Source of the DNA: Mustelus asterias
Lineage: Eukaryota
Length of the DNA: 64,000 nucleotides
NCBI RefSeq assembly: GCF_964213995.1
Contig: NC_135804.1
Coordinates: 69,378,001 to 69,442,000 of the forward strand
Reading direction: 5' to 3'
Part shown: in pieces, positions 26,330 through 39,846 of the stretch
Numbering within the stretch: the first letter of the stretch is position 1
How the letters are laid out: each line of letters opens with the position of its first letter
Notes under the pieces: model-generated
What the model saw: the letters and a program-made list of their open reading frames with translations, nothing else
The model's database searches: none
Told to the model about the DNA's origin: nothing
Made by a program: the position numbers and the translations under genes

Positions 26330-27556
26330 GGAAGGTTCGTCGTGGGATGCATGAACTCCGCTCTCCCAGATAGCCTGGAGCCACTGCCACAATAGGGTTA
26401 TTGCAAATGCAATTTACGCTCAACCCTGGAACACCTGGATAACAAGGCTCGTACATATTGACTGTAGCTCAACCTTCACCACGATTATCCCAACAAGCCT
26501 CATTTCCAAACGCCGTGGTCTAGGTATTGGCTCCTCCTTCTGAGACTGGATTCTAGACTTCCTTACCCAACAGACCACACTCAGTAAGGATGGGTAACAA
26601 CACCTCCTCCACGATTATCATCAACATTGGTGTCCCCCACAAAGTTATGTCCTCCGCCCCTTACTATATTCATTATACACTTAATACAGCGTGAACAAAC
26701 CCTGCTCCAGCTCCATTTTCAAATGTGTCGATGGCATTAACGTAGTTTCAAACAATTATGTCATGGAGTACAGGAAAGAGATTGAAAAAATGATGAAATG
26801 GTGTGATGAAAATGATCTCTCCCTCAATGTCAATAATACAAATGAGATAGTCATGAACTTCAGGAAAGGTGGTGGAAGACATGCCCCTGGCTACATAGAT
26901 GGTGACGAAATGGAAATGGTCGGCAGCTTGAAGGTTTATAGTGCTCAGATTACCAGCAATCTCTCCTTGTCCTTTCACGCAGATGCTATAGTTAAGGAAA
27001 CCACCAATGCCTCTACCTTCTCAGAAGGATAAGGAAATTCCGCATTTCCCGTAGGACTCTCACCAGTTTACACAGATGCACCATAGAAAGCAACCTTTCC
27101 AGATGCATCGTTGCTTGGAAAGGCTCCTGCTCTGCCAAGTCCGCAAGAAACTACAAAGGATTGTGAGCATAACCAAATCTAATATGCAAAGCAGCCTCAC
27201 ATCCATTGACTCAGTCTACAATTCCTGCTGCCTTGGAAAAGCAGCCAGCATAATCACAGATGCCTCTCACACTAGACATACTCTTTTCCACCTTCTGCCG
27301 TCAGGAAAAAGGCACAAAAGTTTGAAAACACTTACAAACCGAACCAAGAACAGCTTCTTCCCTGCTGCCGTCTGATTTTTGAATGGATGTATATATTTAG
27401 CTGATCTGTTCAATCACCCTAAATGTAACGACAACAAATATTCTTTCCTTCTCCTGTAATCCGTGAACGATATTCATCTATATAGCATGCAAGAACCAAT
27501 ACTTTTCACTGTGTCCCAATAGATGTGATAACAATAAATCAAATCAAAATCAAATG
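26330..27556 (+). mobile_element. Rex1/Babar-type LINE 3' portion, decayed
   Basis: YRKEIEKMMKWCDENDLSLNVNNTNEIVMNFRK; FHLLPSGKR..NSFFPAAV; (CAAAT)n tail. Confidence 0.8.
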
Positions 27557-29308
27557 TCCCCTCAGATTCATTGGTTCAAAGGAGGAGAAGCCCAGTCCAC
27601 CATTTTTTTCCCTCATAGTTGCAAATATCATCTGCTGGCAACACGCTCAATTACTGTGCAATTATTTCTGTAATCTGGTGAACAGAAGAAATATGTTCTT
27701 CAAGTTATAACTGAACTCTCTACTCCAGTGAATAAAGTCGACTCATCATCTCTTCCAGCATAATCTCCCTGCTCTAGTATTATAAATGGACTGATTTCAT
27801 TTGTATTCCTAAACACGTTACTAACCCATCCTGTTACCTTTTGGGATCTGTGGGTAGGCATTCGAACGTCCCTCACTTCTTTTACACTTCCCATAAAACT
27901 CACAACTGTGCATACTTTGTCTGGCTTGACATTGCCAAATGCATCTGCTCAAACGTCAGAAATTCGAATTCAATTTGCCCTTTTTTCTGCCGACCTGGAT
28001 ATTCAATTGATATCTTCTACATTTCTGTCAATCCACTGCAAGTATATTCGTTTCCATTCTTACCTGAACCAGAGTGCATCCCATGGTTTTATGGTAATGT
28101 GAATATGAGTTATTTGTTAGACATTATTTTTTCGAATGCAGTTCTGTTGTTCTAATGATTCACAGCACGACTTGGATATTCAGCTCTGAGCTGCAATGTC
28201 TGTTCTGCATCTATGCCATTTACAACCGAGACCACAAAATGCAGGGCAAATGTCCAAAACAATAGCGGTGATATTCTGCTAAAATTATTCATTTTTGCCC
28301 AAAGAGTTGGAGGATCAGTGGATTACGAGATTAGATGGGCCTGCAGAAAATGACACTCGGCGTGGGAGGCGTGCGGGATGGAGTTCCGGCAGTGATTGAG
28401 ATCGGGTAATTGAAACATGATAAAGCCGTGGTATTTGGAAAAACTGTGGCTCTGTATTTTACAAGATCTGGCCATTATTGTCTTCTCTTAAGCAGACCAA
28501 ATGTATCGGACCAAAGGATTCATGATGCATTGGTATCACTTTCAGAGAGCAGCATGGTGGTCAAAAACATTATTCTGAAACTCCCTAAGCTGTTTGCTCA
28601 CCTATCATTACAGAGACTGCGAGCACTGTTGCAGGAAGCAAGTTGCTGAACAAAAAATATAATGATCTCACAGAACAAGTACCAGCGCAGTGCGAAATTT
28701 GGATAAAATATAGGACACTCCTGTGTTTAGTCGCGAGTCTACCACGAGCACAATATTTCAATGATGTAGCGCGATGGATCGAAATATATGGTATGAGGAC
28801 AAAGGCATCTTTCTATTGCAGGTCGTGGACATGGCCACCTGGTTTAGCATATGTACAGTGATTTATAGCAAAGATAAAAAAATCATTATAGATAAAACTA
28901 TGACCCACTATTTAAATATTTCTCCAACCAATATCTTGAAAATGTTGCTCCATTCAGTTCAATACTGACACATCGGTATCATTATTCCGTTCACATCCAG
29001 TGTCCCCACTGGATGTGGATCCAGTGGCAAGTTTCCGATCTTTAATTGATGATCATGTATTGAGACCGAAGCTGTTCCATTTTGCATCATAAACTGGCAC
29101 AAATCTACCACCTGATGTGCAACTCGGCTTGGATTGGACATAATTTCCTTTCGTACCTGTATGCACCACGATAACAAAAAAAGCTTATTTCTCTCCAAAT
29201 CATCAAAACTTGTGAAAACACAGACAATCCTATGAGAATCTCTGTTTCTGCGTTGCAAAGTTGTCGTACAAATTTGCACACTCATCACGTTATAACACAC
29301 CACTTTGC

Positions 29309-30458
29309 CCTCTTTTTAGGTCAAACCAAATAAACAAACTCAGATTAAGTCGGGATAAAGTAAAAGGGGCAGCTCCCCAAAAGGAGGGGGGACAGCCCGA
29401 ACAGAAAACAAAGTACAAAGGAAACTTAAAAACATCAAATTAAAATGTGATTGTCAGGGTCAATAATGCACCCCAACCCCTGCGGTGCCCAACGGGCGCG
29501 GAAGGCATCAACCGCGCCCGTGGACACTGCATGCTCCCTCTCCAGGGACACCTGGCCGTGAATGTAGCCGCGGTAGAGGGGAAGACAGTCAGGATGGACG
29601 GCCCCCTCGATCGCCTGCTGCCTGGACCGGTAAATGGCGCATTTCGCCAGGCCCAGGAGCAGGTTCACGAGGGGGTCGCCATCCCGACCCTCCTCTCTCC
29701 GCACCGGGTGTCCATAGATCAGGAGCGTGGGACTGAAGTGCAAACAATACATCAATAAAAGGTTCTTTAGGAAAACATAAAGGGAGTGCAGCCTAAGACA
29801 CACAACAAAGACATGGTCCACGGACTCCACAAGGCCACAGAAAGGGCAGTCTTTGGAGCCCGTGAACCAGTGAATCCTACGGTTGTGCGGCACTGCTGCA
29901 TGCATCATCCTCCACCCCAGGTCCCCGACGTAATTGGGGGAGATCGCTCCGTAGAGGGACCTCCAGTGGGGCCCTCCGCCGCCCGGTGGCAACAAGGCCC
30001 GCCAAGGTGTATCCGGGCGACAGGCGAGGAGGCGGTAGTGGAATGTGTGCAGCAGCAGCCCGCACAGGAAAGGCCTCCGCGCAGAAGAAAAAGGCACGGA
30101 GGACATTTCCGCGAGGCGGCTCAGGCTGTGGGGCACCTCACCCAGGGAGGGGGGTTGAGGTTTTTGGCCAAAGTGGAATTCCGTCCGAACAGGGGAACGC
30201 TCGGCCGGGATCCCACCGCACGTCTGCGCCGCCTCGAGTTTGCGTGCAGTTACGGGGCCGAGCACGACCGTCCTAAGGTCTAGGATGGCTTTGGCCGCGT
30301 GCCGGACGGTCGGCCCCGCGCGCTCAGCCAGCACACGGGGACTCATCCAGCCTGCCCCTCCACCATCGAGCATGTCCCCAATTCTGGTCACCCCGGCATC
30401 CACCTGAAGTCATATGGCTGGAGGAGCGCATTCCTGAGCAGCGGCTCTCACACGAGAG
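29309..30458 (-). mobile_element. Tx1/L1-clade LINE 3' end, tandem copy 1
   Basis: DLGWRMMHAAV...CPFCGLVESVDHVFVVC (CCHC zinc knuckle)...LLLGLAKCAIYRSR, followed by a U-rich 3' UTR. Confidence 0.88.
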
Positions 30459-30469
30459 CACCACTTTGC

Positions 30470-31641
30470 CCTCTTTTTAGCTCAAACCAAATAAACAAAC
30501 TCAGATTAAATCAGGATAAAGTAAAAGGGGCAGCTCCCCAAAAAGGAGGGGGAACAGCCCGAACAGAAATCAAAGTACAAAGGAAACTTAAAAACATCAA
30601 ATTAAAATGTGATTATTAGGGTCAATAATGCACCCCAACCCCTGCGGTGCCCAGCGGGCGCGAAAGGCGTCAATCGCGCCTGTGGACACTGCATGCTCCC
30701 TCTCCAGTGACACCTGGCCCGAACGTAGCCGCAGTAGAGGGGAGGACAGTCAGGATGGACGGCCCCCTCGATCGCCCGCTGCCTGGACCGGTAAATGGCG
30801 CGTTTCGCCAGGCCCAGGAGCAGGTTCACGAGGAGGTCGCCATCCCGACCCTCCCCTCTCCGGACCGGGTGTCCGTAGATCAGGAGCGTGGGACAGAAGT
30901 GCAGACAAAACATCAATAAAAGGGTCTTCAGGAAAACATAAAGGGAGTGCAGCCTGAGACACACAACATAGACATGGTCCACGGACTCCACAAGGCCGCA
31001 GAAACGGCAGTCTTCGGAGCCCGTGAACCAGTGAATCCTACGGTTATGCGGAACTGCTGCATGCATCACCCTCCACCCCAGGGCCCCGACGTAATTGGGG
31101 GAGATCCCTCCGTAGAGGGACCTCCAGCGGGGACCTCCGCCACCCGGTGGCAACAAGGCCCGCAAAGGTGTATCCGGGCGACAGGCGAGGAGGCGGTAGT
31201 GGAAGGTGTGGAGCAGCAGCCCGCACAGGAAACGCCTCCGCGCGGTAGAAATAGGCACGGCGGACATTTCCGCGAGGCGGCTCAGGCTGTGGGGCACCTC
31301 ACCCAGGGAGGGGGGTTGAGGTTTCGGGCCAATGTGGAATTCCGTCCGAACAGGGGAACGCTCGGGCGGGATCCCACCACATGCCTGCGCCGCCTCGAGT
31401 TTGTGTGCAGTTTCTGGCCCGAACACAACCGTCCTAAGGTCTAGGATGGCTTTGGCCGCGTGCCGGACAGTCGTCCCCGCACGCTCAGCCAGCATGCGGG
31501 GACTCATCCAGCCCGCCCCTCCGCCATCGAGCACGTCCCCGATTCTGGTCACCCCGGCGTCCACAGCCCTCCTCTCCGCCAGCCACCTGAAGTCATACGG
31601 CTGGAGGAGCGCATTCCTGAGCAGCGGCTGTCGCACGAGAG
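30470..31641 (-). mobile_element. Tx1/L1-clade LINE 3' end, tandem copy 2
   Basis: PLLRN...RIGDVL...CRFCGLVESVDHVYVVC; collinear with copy 1. Confidence 0.88.
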
Positions 31642-32334
31642 CACCACTTTGCACACTGCATCAATTTGTGTGATTTCTACTTCAATCCTTCCAAGGTCAG
31701 TATATATTGTACCCAGTATGTTGCCTCTAGTATTGTGCACAGGGATGCAAATATATGACATGATGCCGAATTTCTGTCCGATTCCCGCACAATTTATTTA
31801 GGCTTGAAATGTTGGTTGGATTCACCATGTTAAGATTGCTTCTGATTTATCACTTTGGATCGAAAAATATGGACGACATCGCATTCGCTGTTGTTGAACT
31901 GCATTTCCCACACTCTGCCCATTCACTCTATCGAATGATAATTTTAATTATCTCAAGATTGTTTCTGGCAATTCATACTTTATCCTGTTAGCCAACCACA
32001 GTATATTTGCAGACTGAAATTGGCTCACGGCTGAATCCTGAGTCGCTGTTCAGTTCATCTTTCTTATATTTAACTAATGTTATAGTTTCCTCACTCACTA
32101 TGCCTCGAAGCTATTCAATCCCTACGAGATGTTTTCTCTCCTCCAAATTAAGGTTTATGCTGCATCATTTTTCATTTCATTTTAGGTGACCGCTGCTTTG
32201 CTAATCTCCAGATTTCCCTTCTCAAACCTCTACCAGCATCTACCCCTATTTCCTCAGTGAAAAGACTTTTTGCAATTTGCACTTTCTGATGGAGCTTCAC
32301 TGCAATGTCTGTAATAGTTTCTTGCATTGCATCG

Positions 32335-33700
32335 GAGAGTGGTGAGTGTGTGTGATTATCTGCATGACGATATTTGTGTGTACAGCTGAGTGTCTGTGTG
32401 CGCGTGTGTGGATTTGTCTTTATGTATGGATTAGAATGAGAGTGTGAGTGTGTGAGGATTAGTGTGTGTATATGTGTGAGGATGAGTGTGTGTATGTGTG
32501 ACGATCAGATTGTGTTCGCGTGTGAGAGGAGTGTTTGTTTACTCGGAGGTGTATGCGTGTGGAGATTAATGTACCAGTATCTACCCCAGTTTCCTTGGTT
32601 AAAAGACTTGTTACAATTTGCATTTTCTGACTGGGCTTTTCTGCAATGTCTGTAGTATTTTATGGTCTTAGATCGGTGAGAGGTGACTGCGTGTGTTTCT
32701 CTGTGAGGATGAGTGTATTCATGTGTGCAGATGAGTCTATGTGTGTGCCTGTGTGTTTCTGTGTGTGCGTGGATTTGTGTAACTGTGCGGGTTACAATGA
32801 GAGTGCGAATGTGTGAGGGTCAGTGTGTATCGGCATGCGTGAGGATCAGTGTGAGGATCCGTTTGTATGCGCGTGTGAGAGAAAATGAGTGTTTGTTTAC
32901 TAGGATGAGTGTTTGTTAGGATGAATCTGTGTGTGTTAAGATGAGTATGTCTGAGGTTGAGTGTCATTTTGTATAAGTGGGTGTGTATATACGTTGATAG
33001 TAGGTTGAGTGAATGTGTGGGGATGGGTTTGTGAGGATATGTGTGCTGGTATATGTGTGAGGTTGATTGTGTGAGCATAAATGTCTGTGTATGTGCGTGT
33101 GCGTCTGTGTGTGATGAGTGTGTGCATATTATGACGAGTTCGTGTGTGTTCGTGTGTGTGTGAGCGATAAAGTGTGTTTTTGTGTGAGAGGATGAGCGTG
33201 TGTGTGAGTGCATATGTGCGTGTGTTTATGTAAGCATGTGTGTGTGTCCGGGTGTGTAGATGTGTGCGCGGAAGTGAGCCCATGTGTTTTAGGATGAATG
33301 TTTGTGCATGAGTGTGGATAGTACGTGCATGTACTAGAATGACTGATTGTGTTATGAGTGTGTGCATCAATATGGATTTGTGTCTGTTGAATGTGTGTGT
33401 ATGTGAGTTTGATTATGCTTGAAGCTAATTGTGATCGTGTTTGCGACAATAAATGTGCGCGCGATAATCTGAGTTTGCCTTTGAGGACAGTTTGCGTGGG
33501 TTAGATATGTGTGCGCGCGTGTGTGGGAGAGAGCAAGATTAGTAAGTATGTGTGAGAGAGAGGTGGGGGATCAGTTCGATTGTCAAATATAAGCGTGTGT
33601 GTGAGAGACCGAGGGGTGAGCAGGAGAGGCGTCTGTGCGTGAATGTGAGGGAAAGAGGAGACTATGTATGAATGTGTGAGGGAGACGGAAGTGTCACGGA
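32335..33700. repeat. Degenerate (TG)n/(TGAG)-rich low-complexity tract
   Basis: Continuous TG-rich sequence that gives spurious His/Thr-rich and Cys/Val-rich ORFs. Confidence 0.9.
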
Positions 33701-34869
33701 AAGAGAAAATCTTGTGTCCGAAACGAGAATCGGTTTTCCAGCATAATACCTGATATTTAAATTACAACGAATAAGATTCCGATATGTTTTAATACCACAA
33801 CAGTGTAATTATTTTCAGCATAACCACCCCTGTAGTCGACACTATTACTTACAGGGGTCAGTGCTCAGCAGCCATTGGAAAATGGGTTGGGCTGGGATTA
33901 AAATCACCTGGATTTGTTGGAGACGAATGTGGTGACTGTTTGGCCGGGATTCTACCATTGCGATGTGCACATTTTCGGGCGCGAAAATTTGGTAAAATCG
34001 GGCATGAGAGGAGGAGCACGGTCTGCGCTCACTTTCGCGCCGCTTTGCACTTTACGGAGGCCTGAAAATGGCCCCATCGGAAACCGCCCAAAACGTGCAC
34101 GACTTCAACTGAAATATTTCTGCATGTATTACAATCCATTTAACGAGCTGCATACCCCACTTTACCAACACTTTCGCCAAATCTGGAATCGATCTGGAAC
34201 AGGCATGTTCGATAAAATTCTCATTCGGGCGCTCGATCAGTGGGGTTAGTAAGGAGACGCCAGACAGCTCTGTGCTGCTCATGGGTGTCCTTTCGTGGTG
34301 GCCATGTTCCGTTTCGGTTCGGGAGGGCTCTGCGAGTGTGCGTGTGTGTCGTGGGGGAGAGGGGGTGAAGTGGGGTGGGAGCGTCTCCTCCACAGAGTGT
34401 TTGATTGTTTGATGTCCAATTTGCAGCACGGACCCGGGTGTCAGCACTGACCTGGCTGGGTCTTGGGGATGCTGCTGGGTCCTAGTGCAAGCAACACTAT
34501 TCCAGCTGGGGGATGTGCCAAAAGCCTTTTGAACTTGCACTGCTCCAGCTCCAGAACTGTTCAAGAAGAAGTGTCTGCTCTGATTACTGCATAAGTTCTG
34601 GGAATTACTGGGTGGGGGGGGGGGGGGGGCAGGGGGGATGGGGAGCTCTGCTCTTGGGGGGCCTGTGGGTGGGGAATGGTAGGTCTGTATTGGTGGGGGG
34701 GGGCTGTGGGTGGGCAATGGGAGGCTGTGTGGGTGGCGGGCCTTTGAGTGGGGGCAATGGGCAGTATGAGCAGTGTGTGTTGCTGGGTGAGGAACAAGCA
34801 GCGGTCCTTAGCCTCCCCTTCCTGAAATCCACCTTCCCAAATGTTCAGATTGATGAGACGGCTTTTGCA

Positions 34870-36080
34870 ATGCAAACGATTGATCTTGTTGTTCTTTTTG
34901 TTGCTGCTTGAGCTGAGGATGTGGAACAGGGATATGAATTGCGGGCAAAGGATGTCTAGGCCTCACCACTTGCAGGCGTAGAGGGACACGGTCAACTGAC
35001 GCAAGAAGTGTCCGCTATTCACCCAGGCGGGGGATGGGGGGGTTGTACGTGAAGGAGGGAATGATGACCCAGGCAGTTCTGCACATGAGTGTCATTTGAA
35101 CAAATGTCAGACACCGTGTGACACTGGCAGTTCTGGTTCCGAAAGGAGACAGTAGAATACCTGTGCAACTTGTTACAGGACCTGGCACTTCAGGGCATGG
35201 TGGTGGGTGCACCCACTCTCAGTGGCTGTCAAATTGATGGGTACTCTGAACTTTTATGCCACTGGCTCCTTACAGACCCCCAGCAGAAATATATGTGGCA
35301 TTTCGCAGTCAGCTGTCCACACAAGTGTCAAGGATGTCACGGATGCCCTGCATGCCCAGGCTGGCCAGTATTTCAGATTTCATCTGGACCAGGCCCAGCA
35401 GGAAGCCGTGGCCAATGGGGGGATGCCTAGTGTGCAGGGGACTATAGACTGCATCCACGTCGCCTCAAGACCCCACTTCAAAATCCATGAAGATTCGTCA
35501 ATGGAAAGAGGTTCCACTCCCTAAATGTGCAATTGGTTTGTGACCGTATCATGAACATTATGCACGTCTGAACCTGGACACCCTGGAGCTCCTCTGTTTT
35601 AGTCTGAGCTCAGGCATACTGGAGGCCTCTGTGGAGGAGCCCAGACTGGAAGGATGTCTCATGGATGACAAGGCGTACCCACTTTGGACTTGGCTGATTA
35701 TGCCTGCATAGAGGCCTATGACTGAGGCGGAGACCCAGTACAATCAGTCTGACGTTGCCACTTATTCTATAGTGGAGAGATGCATAGGGCTCTTGAAAAT
35801 GCAGTTCAGGGGCCTGGTCCACTCTGGCAGGGCCCTACCATACAGTCCCCTGATTTCTTTCCTGATTGCAGTGATGCGCTGTGCCTTTCACAAAACTGCG
35901 CTGCTGAGAGGAGGAGGATGTAGAGGCCGACAGGCCGGGTGTCGCTGAGGAGGAGACTGCCCAGCAGGAGCAGGAGGAAGAGGACCAGGAAGAGGAAGAG
36001 GATCACGCCGAACAATACCACCCAGGTGCTGAATGGCTGGCAGCAAAACGTGGCATACCTAATCACCAGGCACGTTTTGT
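34870..36080 (+). pseudogene. HARBI1-like DDE transposase remnant
   Basis: LSVAVKLMGTLNFYATGS, CGISQSAVH, GMPSVQGTIDCIHV, GFHSLNVQLVCD, DDKAYPL, EAETQYN..IVERCIGLLKMQFR, and an acidic tail. Frameshifts and stops present. Confidence 0.9.
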
Positions 36081-37959
36081 ACCAGGGACCCTTGATTGTG
36101 CCAGTGGGTTTCATTCCTTCCACTCCTCAAGGTCCTATTATCTCCTGCAATACGGTAACACCAGAGTAGTGGTGGGCCTGGGTACGCTGTATTAGCGAGT
36201 TTCTCTGGCAGGCAGGAGGGTGATGGTGACTTGCTAAGCACCATTATGGTGATGCCCTGGTGCAAATTAGTCTGACTGCTACCTGAGCTTTGCATGCACG
36301 CTGGCACCTGGGCCCACAGCTGTGTAGTAGTTGAGGGATCAGTAAACCTCCATACAGGGCAGCAGGGCAGGTGGGATGGGGAAGGGGAGGGAATCAGTCA
36401 ATGGTTCTGGGGAACCAATGGCTTCATTTTCCCACTGACATATCATTGCGGGGCCTCCCCTCAAGGTAAATCTGAGACAAATTAGTCACAGGTGTGTGTA
36501 AACAAATATTTATTCATTACACAATGCTTCTAAATAATAAGTTCTAAGATATAAATGCATGAACGGAAAACTTAAACGTGCTTAAAAATGTATCAAACTA
36601 ATGCAGCCCTCCACCAGTGCCAGCTTAGTGCAATTGCAACTTCCTAATCTTATGTGGCCTACTATTATGTCTTTGTGTCTCGCCAGAATGTATATCAGAG
36701 GTGAAGGGGGCCAGCAGCCTACCCTGCCCCATGGCTTGTGATGCTCTTGGCGGGTACCCTCTGGATAGCCTGGACTTTGAGGGCCGTGGCCAACTTCATG
36801 GGGTCTGGGAAGTGTCCATGACACACTCTTCATTCCCCTGCACCTGAGATGCCCTGGTGCCAGGAAGGGGAAGTCAGAAGGTGCAGCCACAGCCACAGTC
36901 TCCTGGCTGGAAGGCCTTGGAATGACCTCAAACAGTTTCTCTTCCCTTGGGGTTTCTGTGGGCCTCTGGGTCGCTCCATGGGATGGCAGTGCTTCTGTAG
37001 TGAGTTCCAGAAGCTCTGGCATTACCTGGCTACTGCCAGTCCTGGAGGACCACCTGCATCCTACCCATGGTGCTTCAACCCTCTGCAATGAGTTTGGGGC
37101 CACCTGTCAATGGCTGCAGCAAATGCTCCCTGAGACTGGGCCACGCTCTGCAGCCCGTCAGCTATGGCCCTCAGTGACGGGGCCATGTTCTCAAAGGTTT
37201 CTGCCTTAGCCTGCTGTGTCTCAGCACTGTCCCACTGGGTCTCATCCAAGCTCTCGAGTCTCTCCGCCATGGGCCGCAGAATGTTGAGAATCGTGTTAAG
37301 TCCCTCAGCTGGGGCCTGCTGTGACTCGGCCATCATTTGGAGTCTGCCACTCATGGTGAGGATTCCCTGCCCCGGGCTTTCCAACGTGGATGCCACCCTT
37401 GTAGTGTTGGCCTGGGAATCACACAGGACAGGCAACTGAAATTTTTGGGACTCCACCTACAGCCTCACATTCGGTTCAGTTTGGCCGTCAGCCCTGCCTG
37501 CATTTCTTGGCTCTGTTGCTGCATCTCCAACACCTGAGGGAGAAGTGATCTCAGATGGCCCAGCATGTAGTCGGGGGCCACCTGAGTCCTCACCTCCGGC
37601 AGGAACCCGCGTGCCAGAGGCCTCAAACGTTCCCTCCTCCATCCGATGTACATTATCAGATATGCCTTGCTCACCAGGGAGTGACTCAGAAGCTTCACCA
37701 CTAACTGGACCTATTGAGATTATCTGGGATGGTGAGGTAGAAGCTGATGCCAAAAAGGTGCCACCTATGGAAGTCACTTCACCTGCATCACCCGAGGATT
37801 CATCACAGTTCTCGGGACTGGATGTGCATGAACCGCAGTGGAGCCCCCAATGTCAGATTGCCCCGGGGTGTCCGTATCTGTTCCTGCAGCACATGATGCA
37901 AGGTTAAGTGCAAGGGAGGGAGAGGAATCTGGGATGCAAAAGACCTTTCTCTACTGAAC

Positions 37960-38140
37960 ATAGAACAAAGAAGAAAGAAGATTACATCACAGGAACAGGC
38001 CTTTTGGCCCTCCAAGCCTGCAGCGAACTCCCCTGGCAGCGAGTTCCAGGTACCCATCACCTTCAGCGTAAATAAACATGCCTCATGCCTCTCCTTTAAA
38101 CCTTGCACCTCACATCTTAAATCAATGCCCCCGAGTAATT
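37960..38140 (-). mobile_element. Internally deleted CR1 3' fragment inside a Harbinger intron
   Basis: ACAGGAACAGGCCTTTTGGCCCTCCAAGCCTG matches the CR1 tail at 17028-17060. Confidence 0.7.
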
Positions 38141-38307
38141 GCCTCAAATTGAGTGGAGGATGGACAGGTGCTCACTTCCTGAATCCACCCCAACCATGCT
38201 GTCACTGACAGCCTGGATGTCCCCTTCTGTGCATAGCTCCAGCGGCCACTCCTCAAAGGGGCTGACGACCCGGAGGTCACGCTCACCACCCCCTATCTTC
38301 GCCCTCT

Positions 38308-38586
38308 TTTTGATTTGATTTATTATTGTCACATGTATTAACACACAATGAAAAGTATTGTTTCTTGTGCACTATACAGACAAAACATACCGTTCATAGA
38401 GAGGGAAACAAGAGACTGCAGAGTGCAATGTTACAGTTATGGCTAGGATGTAGTTAAAGATCAACTTAATGCAAGGTAAGTCCATTCAAAAGTCTGACAG
38501 CAGTAGGGAAGAAGCTGTTTTTGAGTTGGTTGGTATATGAACTCAGACTTTTGTATCTTTTCCCCGAAGGAAGAAGGTGGAAGAGC
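38308..38586 (-). mobile_element. Rex1/Babar 3' fragment inserted in Myb exon 2
   Basis: FHLLPSGKRYKSL..LKNSFFPTAVRLLN and (TTTGA)n tail. Confidence 0.8.
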
Positions 38587-39846
38587 ATGTGATTGTCAGC
38601 CTTCTGTGGGGAGAGAAGGAGGCATGAGAGAAATGATGGTGTGACTCCTGCACAATATCGGAGGTGGCCAGCAGAGGGCATGCACAGTGATACTTTTTTG
38701 TGGGAGAAGGGGCGGGAGGAGGTGCTTGGGGGTCAGGGGCTGCAAGCATGCAAGGTGCTGGAGGTGAGGGGATCCGGGGATGAATTGGGGGAAGATGCTT
38801 GATGGGATAAAGCACTCACCCTTGCTGCCTGGGTGAGGTCATTGACGTTCTTTCTGCACTGCTTTCCTGTTCTGTTCTGGGGGCCAGTGCCATAGCACAA
38901 ACCGAGGTGGCAAATGCCTCCCAGGCCGTTTGCCCGTAACCCACCCTGGGTCTGCATTCTGCTGGGGGGATGAGGGTGTCCCGCCTCGCCTCTGCAGCAT
39001 CCAGCAACCTGCTGAGTTTGCCCTCTGTGAATCTTGACGCTGGCTTCTTGGACATCTTTTCCTGCACTGCCTGCCTGTTTGGACTTTTTATGGAGTTGCC
39101 GTTGTTATGGCGGATCTGCTGCAGGCAGTTTGAGAGAGTATTCCAGCAAGTTAAATGCAGTTTGCTTGTTAGAAATGAGGGGGAGGCAATTAGACAGAGA
39201 CTGGGGCCTTGTGTAGGTGGGTCTGGGGTGTGGGGAGAGGGGGGGGAGCTGCCACTCTCACTGCGATCAGTAGAGAGGTGGTGACACTCTGCCGGCAATC
39301 CGTGTGGGGAAGGGGATCGCTGCCACTCTGCATGCGATCGATAGTGGAGAAGGGGAACACTGCAATTCTGCCTGCAATCCAGTGTGGGGGAGCAGGACGC
39401 CATTGCCCTGAGTGGTGGTGGTGGCGGGGCGGGGGGGAGGTGGTGGAATAAGGTTGTCTGGAAGATTGTGGGGGTAGGGGGGAATCAATGTCCATGGGGT
39501 TAGGGGGAGGCATTATCTGGCCCCGGCAGGATGTCGCAGTGGAGAGCATTATTTTATTTTTGCGCATGCCCATTTGGATGCTCCGATCAGAGCTACAGGG
39601 CGTTGGGTGTGTCAAACAGGTTTCTGCAGCTAGAATCGTACTCGCTGATAATTTTGCAGGCAGAGTGCATATTGGGGGAGCGGGGGCGCGGGGGGGGGGG
39701 GGGGGGGGAGGCGGGGGGGGGGGGGGAGGTGCGACACACGGGCCCAATGGACGGATCTGAAATCCTCCTCGTCTCAAGTCCGCCAGGCCCTTAGACAAAA
39801 AACGGTAAATAGCGCCTTGCCTCTTTCTCACATATTTATTGAGATT

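Larger units (their letters stand above)
36600..39056 (-). pseudogene. Harbinger Myb/SANT-like DNA-binding protein gene remnant (spliced)
   Basis: MSKKPASRFTEGKLSRLLDAAEARRDTL...AWEAFATSV...RTGKQCRKNVNDL|gtgagt (exon ends 38820). Exon 2 runs about 38604-38177 (KRAKIGGG) and exon 3 starts about 37884, with a coiled-coil-like C-terminus. Confidence 0.82.
33942..39815. mobile_element. PIF/Harbinger DNA transposon, near full length, decayed
   Basis: Convergent transposase (+) and Myb/SANT (-) genes. Imperfect termini GGCCGGGATTCTACC and GGTAAATAGCGCC. Confidence 0.85.

Noticed and set aside
32737-33449. His/Thr-rich ORFs
   Set aside because: Translation artefacts of the (CA)n/(TG)n low-complexity tract.
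35207-35948. Domesticated host HARBI1 gene
   Set aside because: Multiple frameshifts, stops and a deletion, flanked by a Myb partner and transposon ends, so a dead transposon copy.
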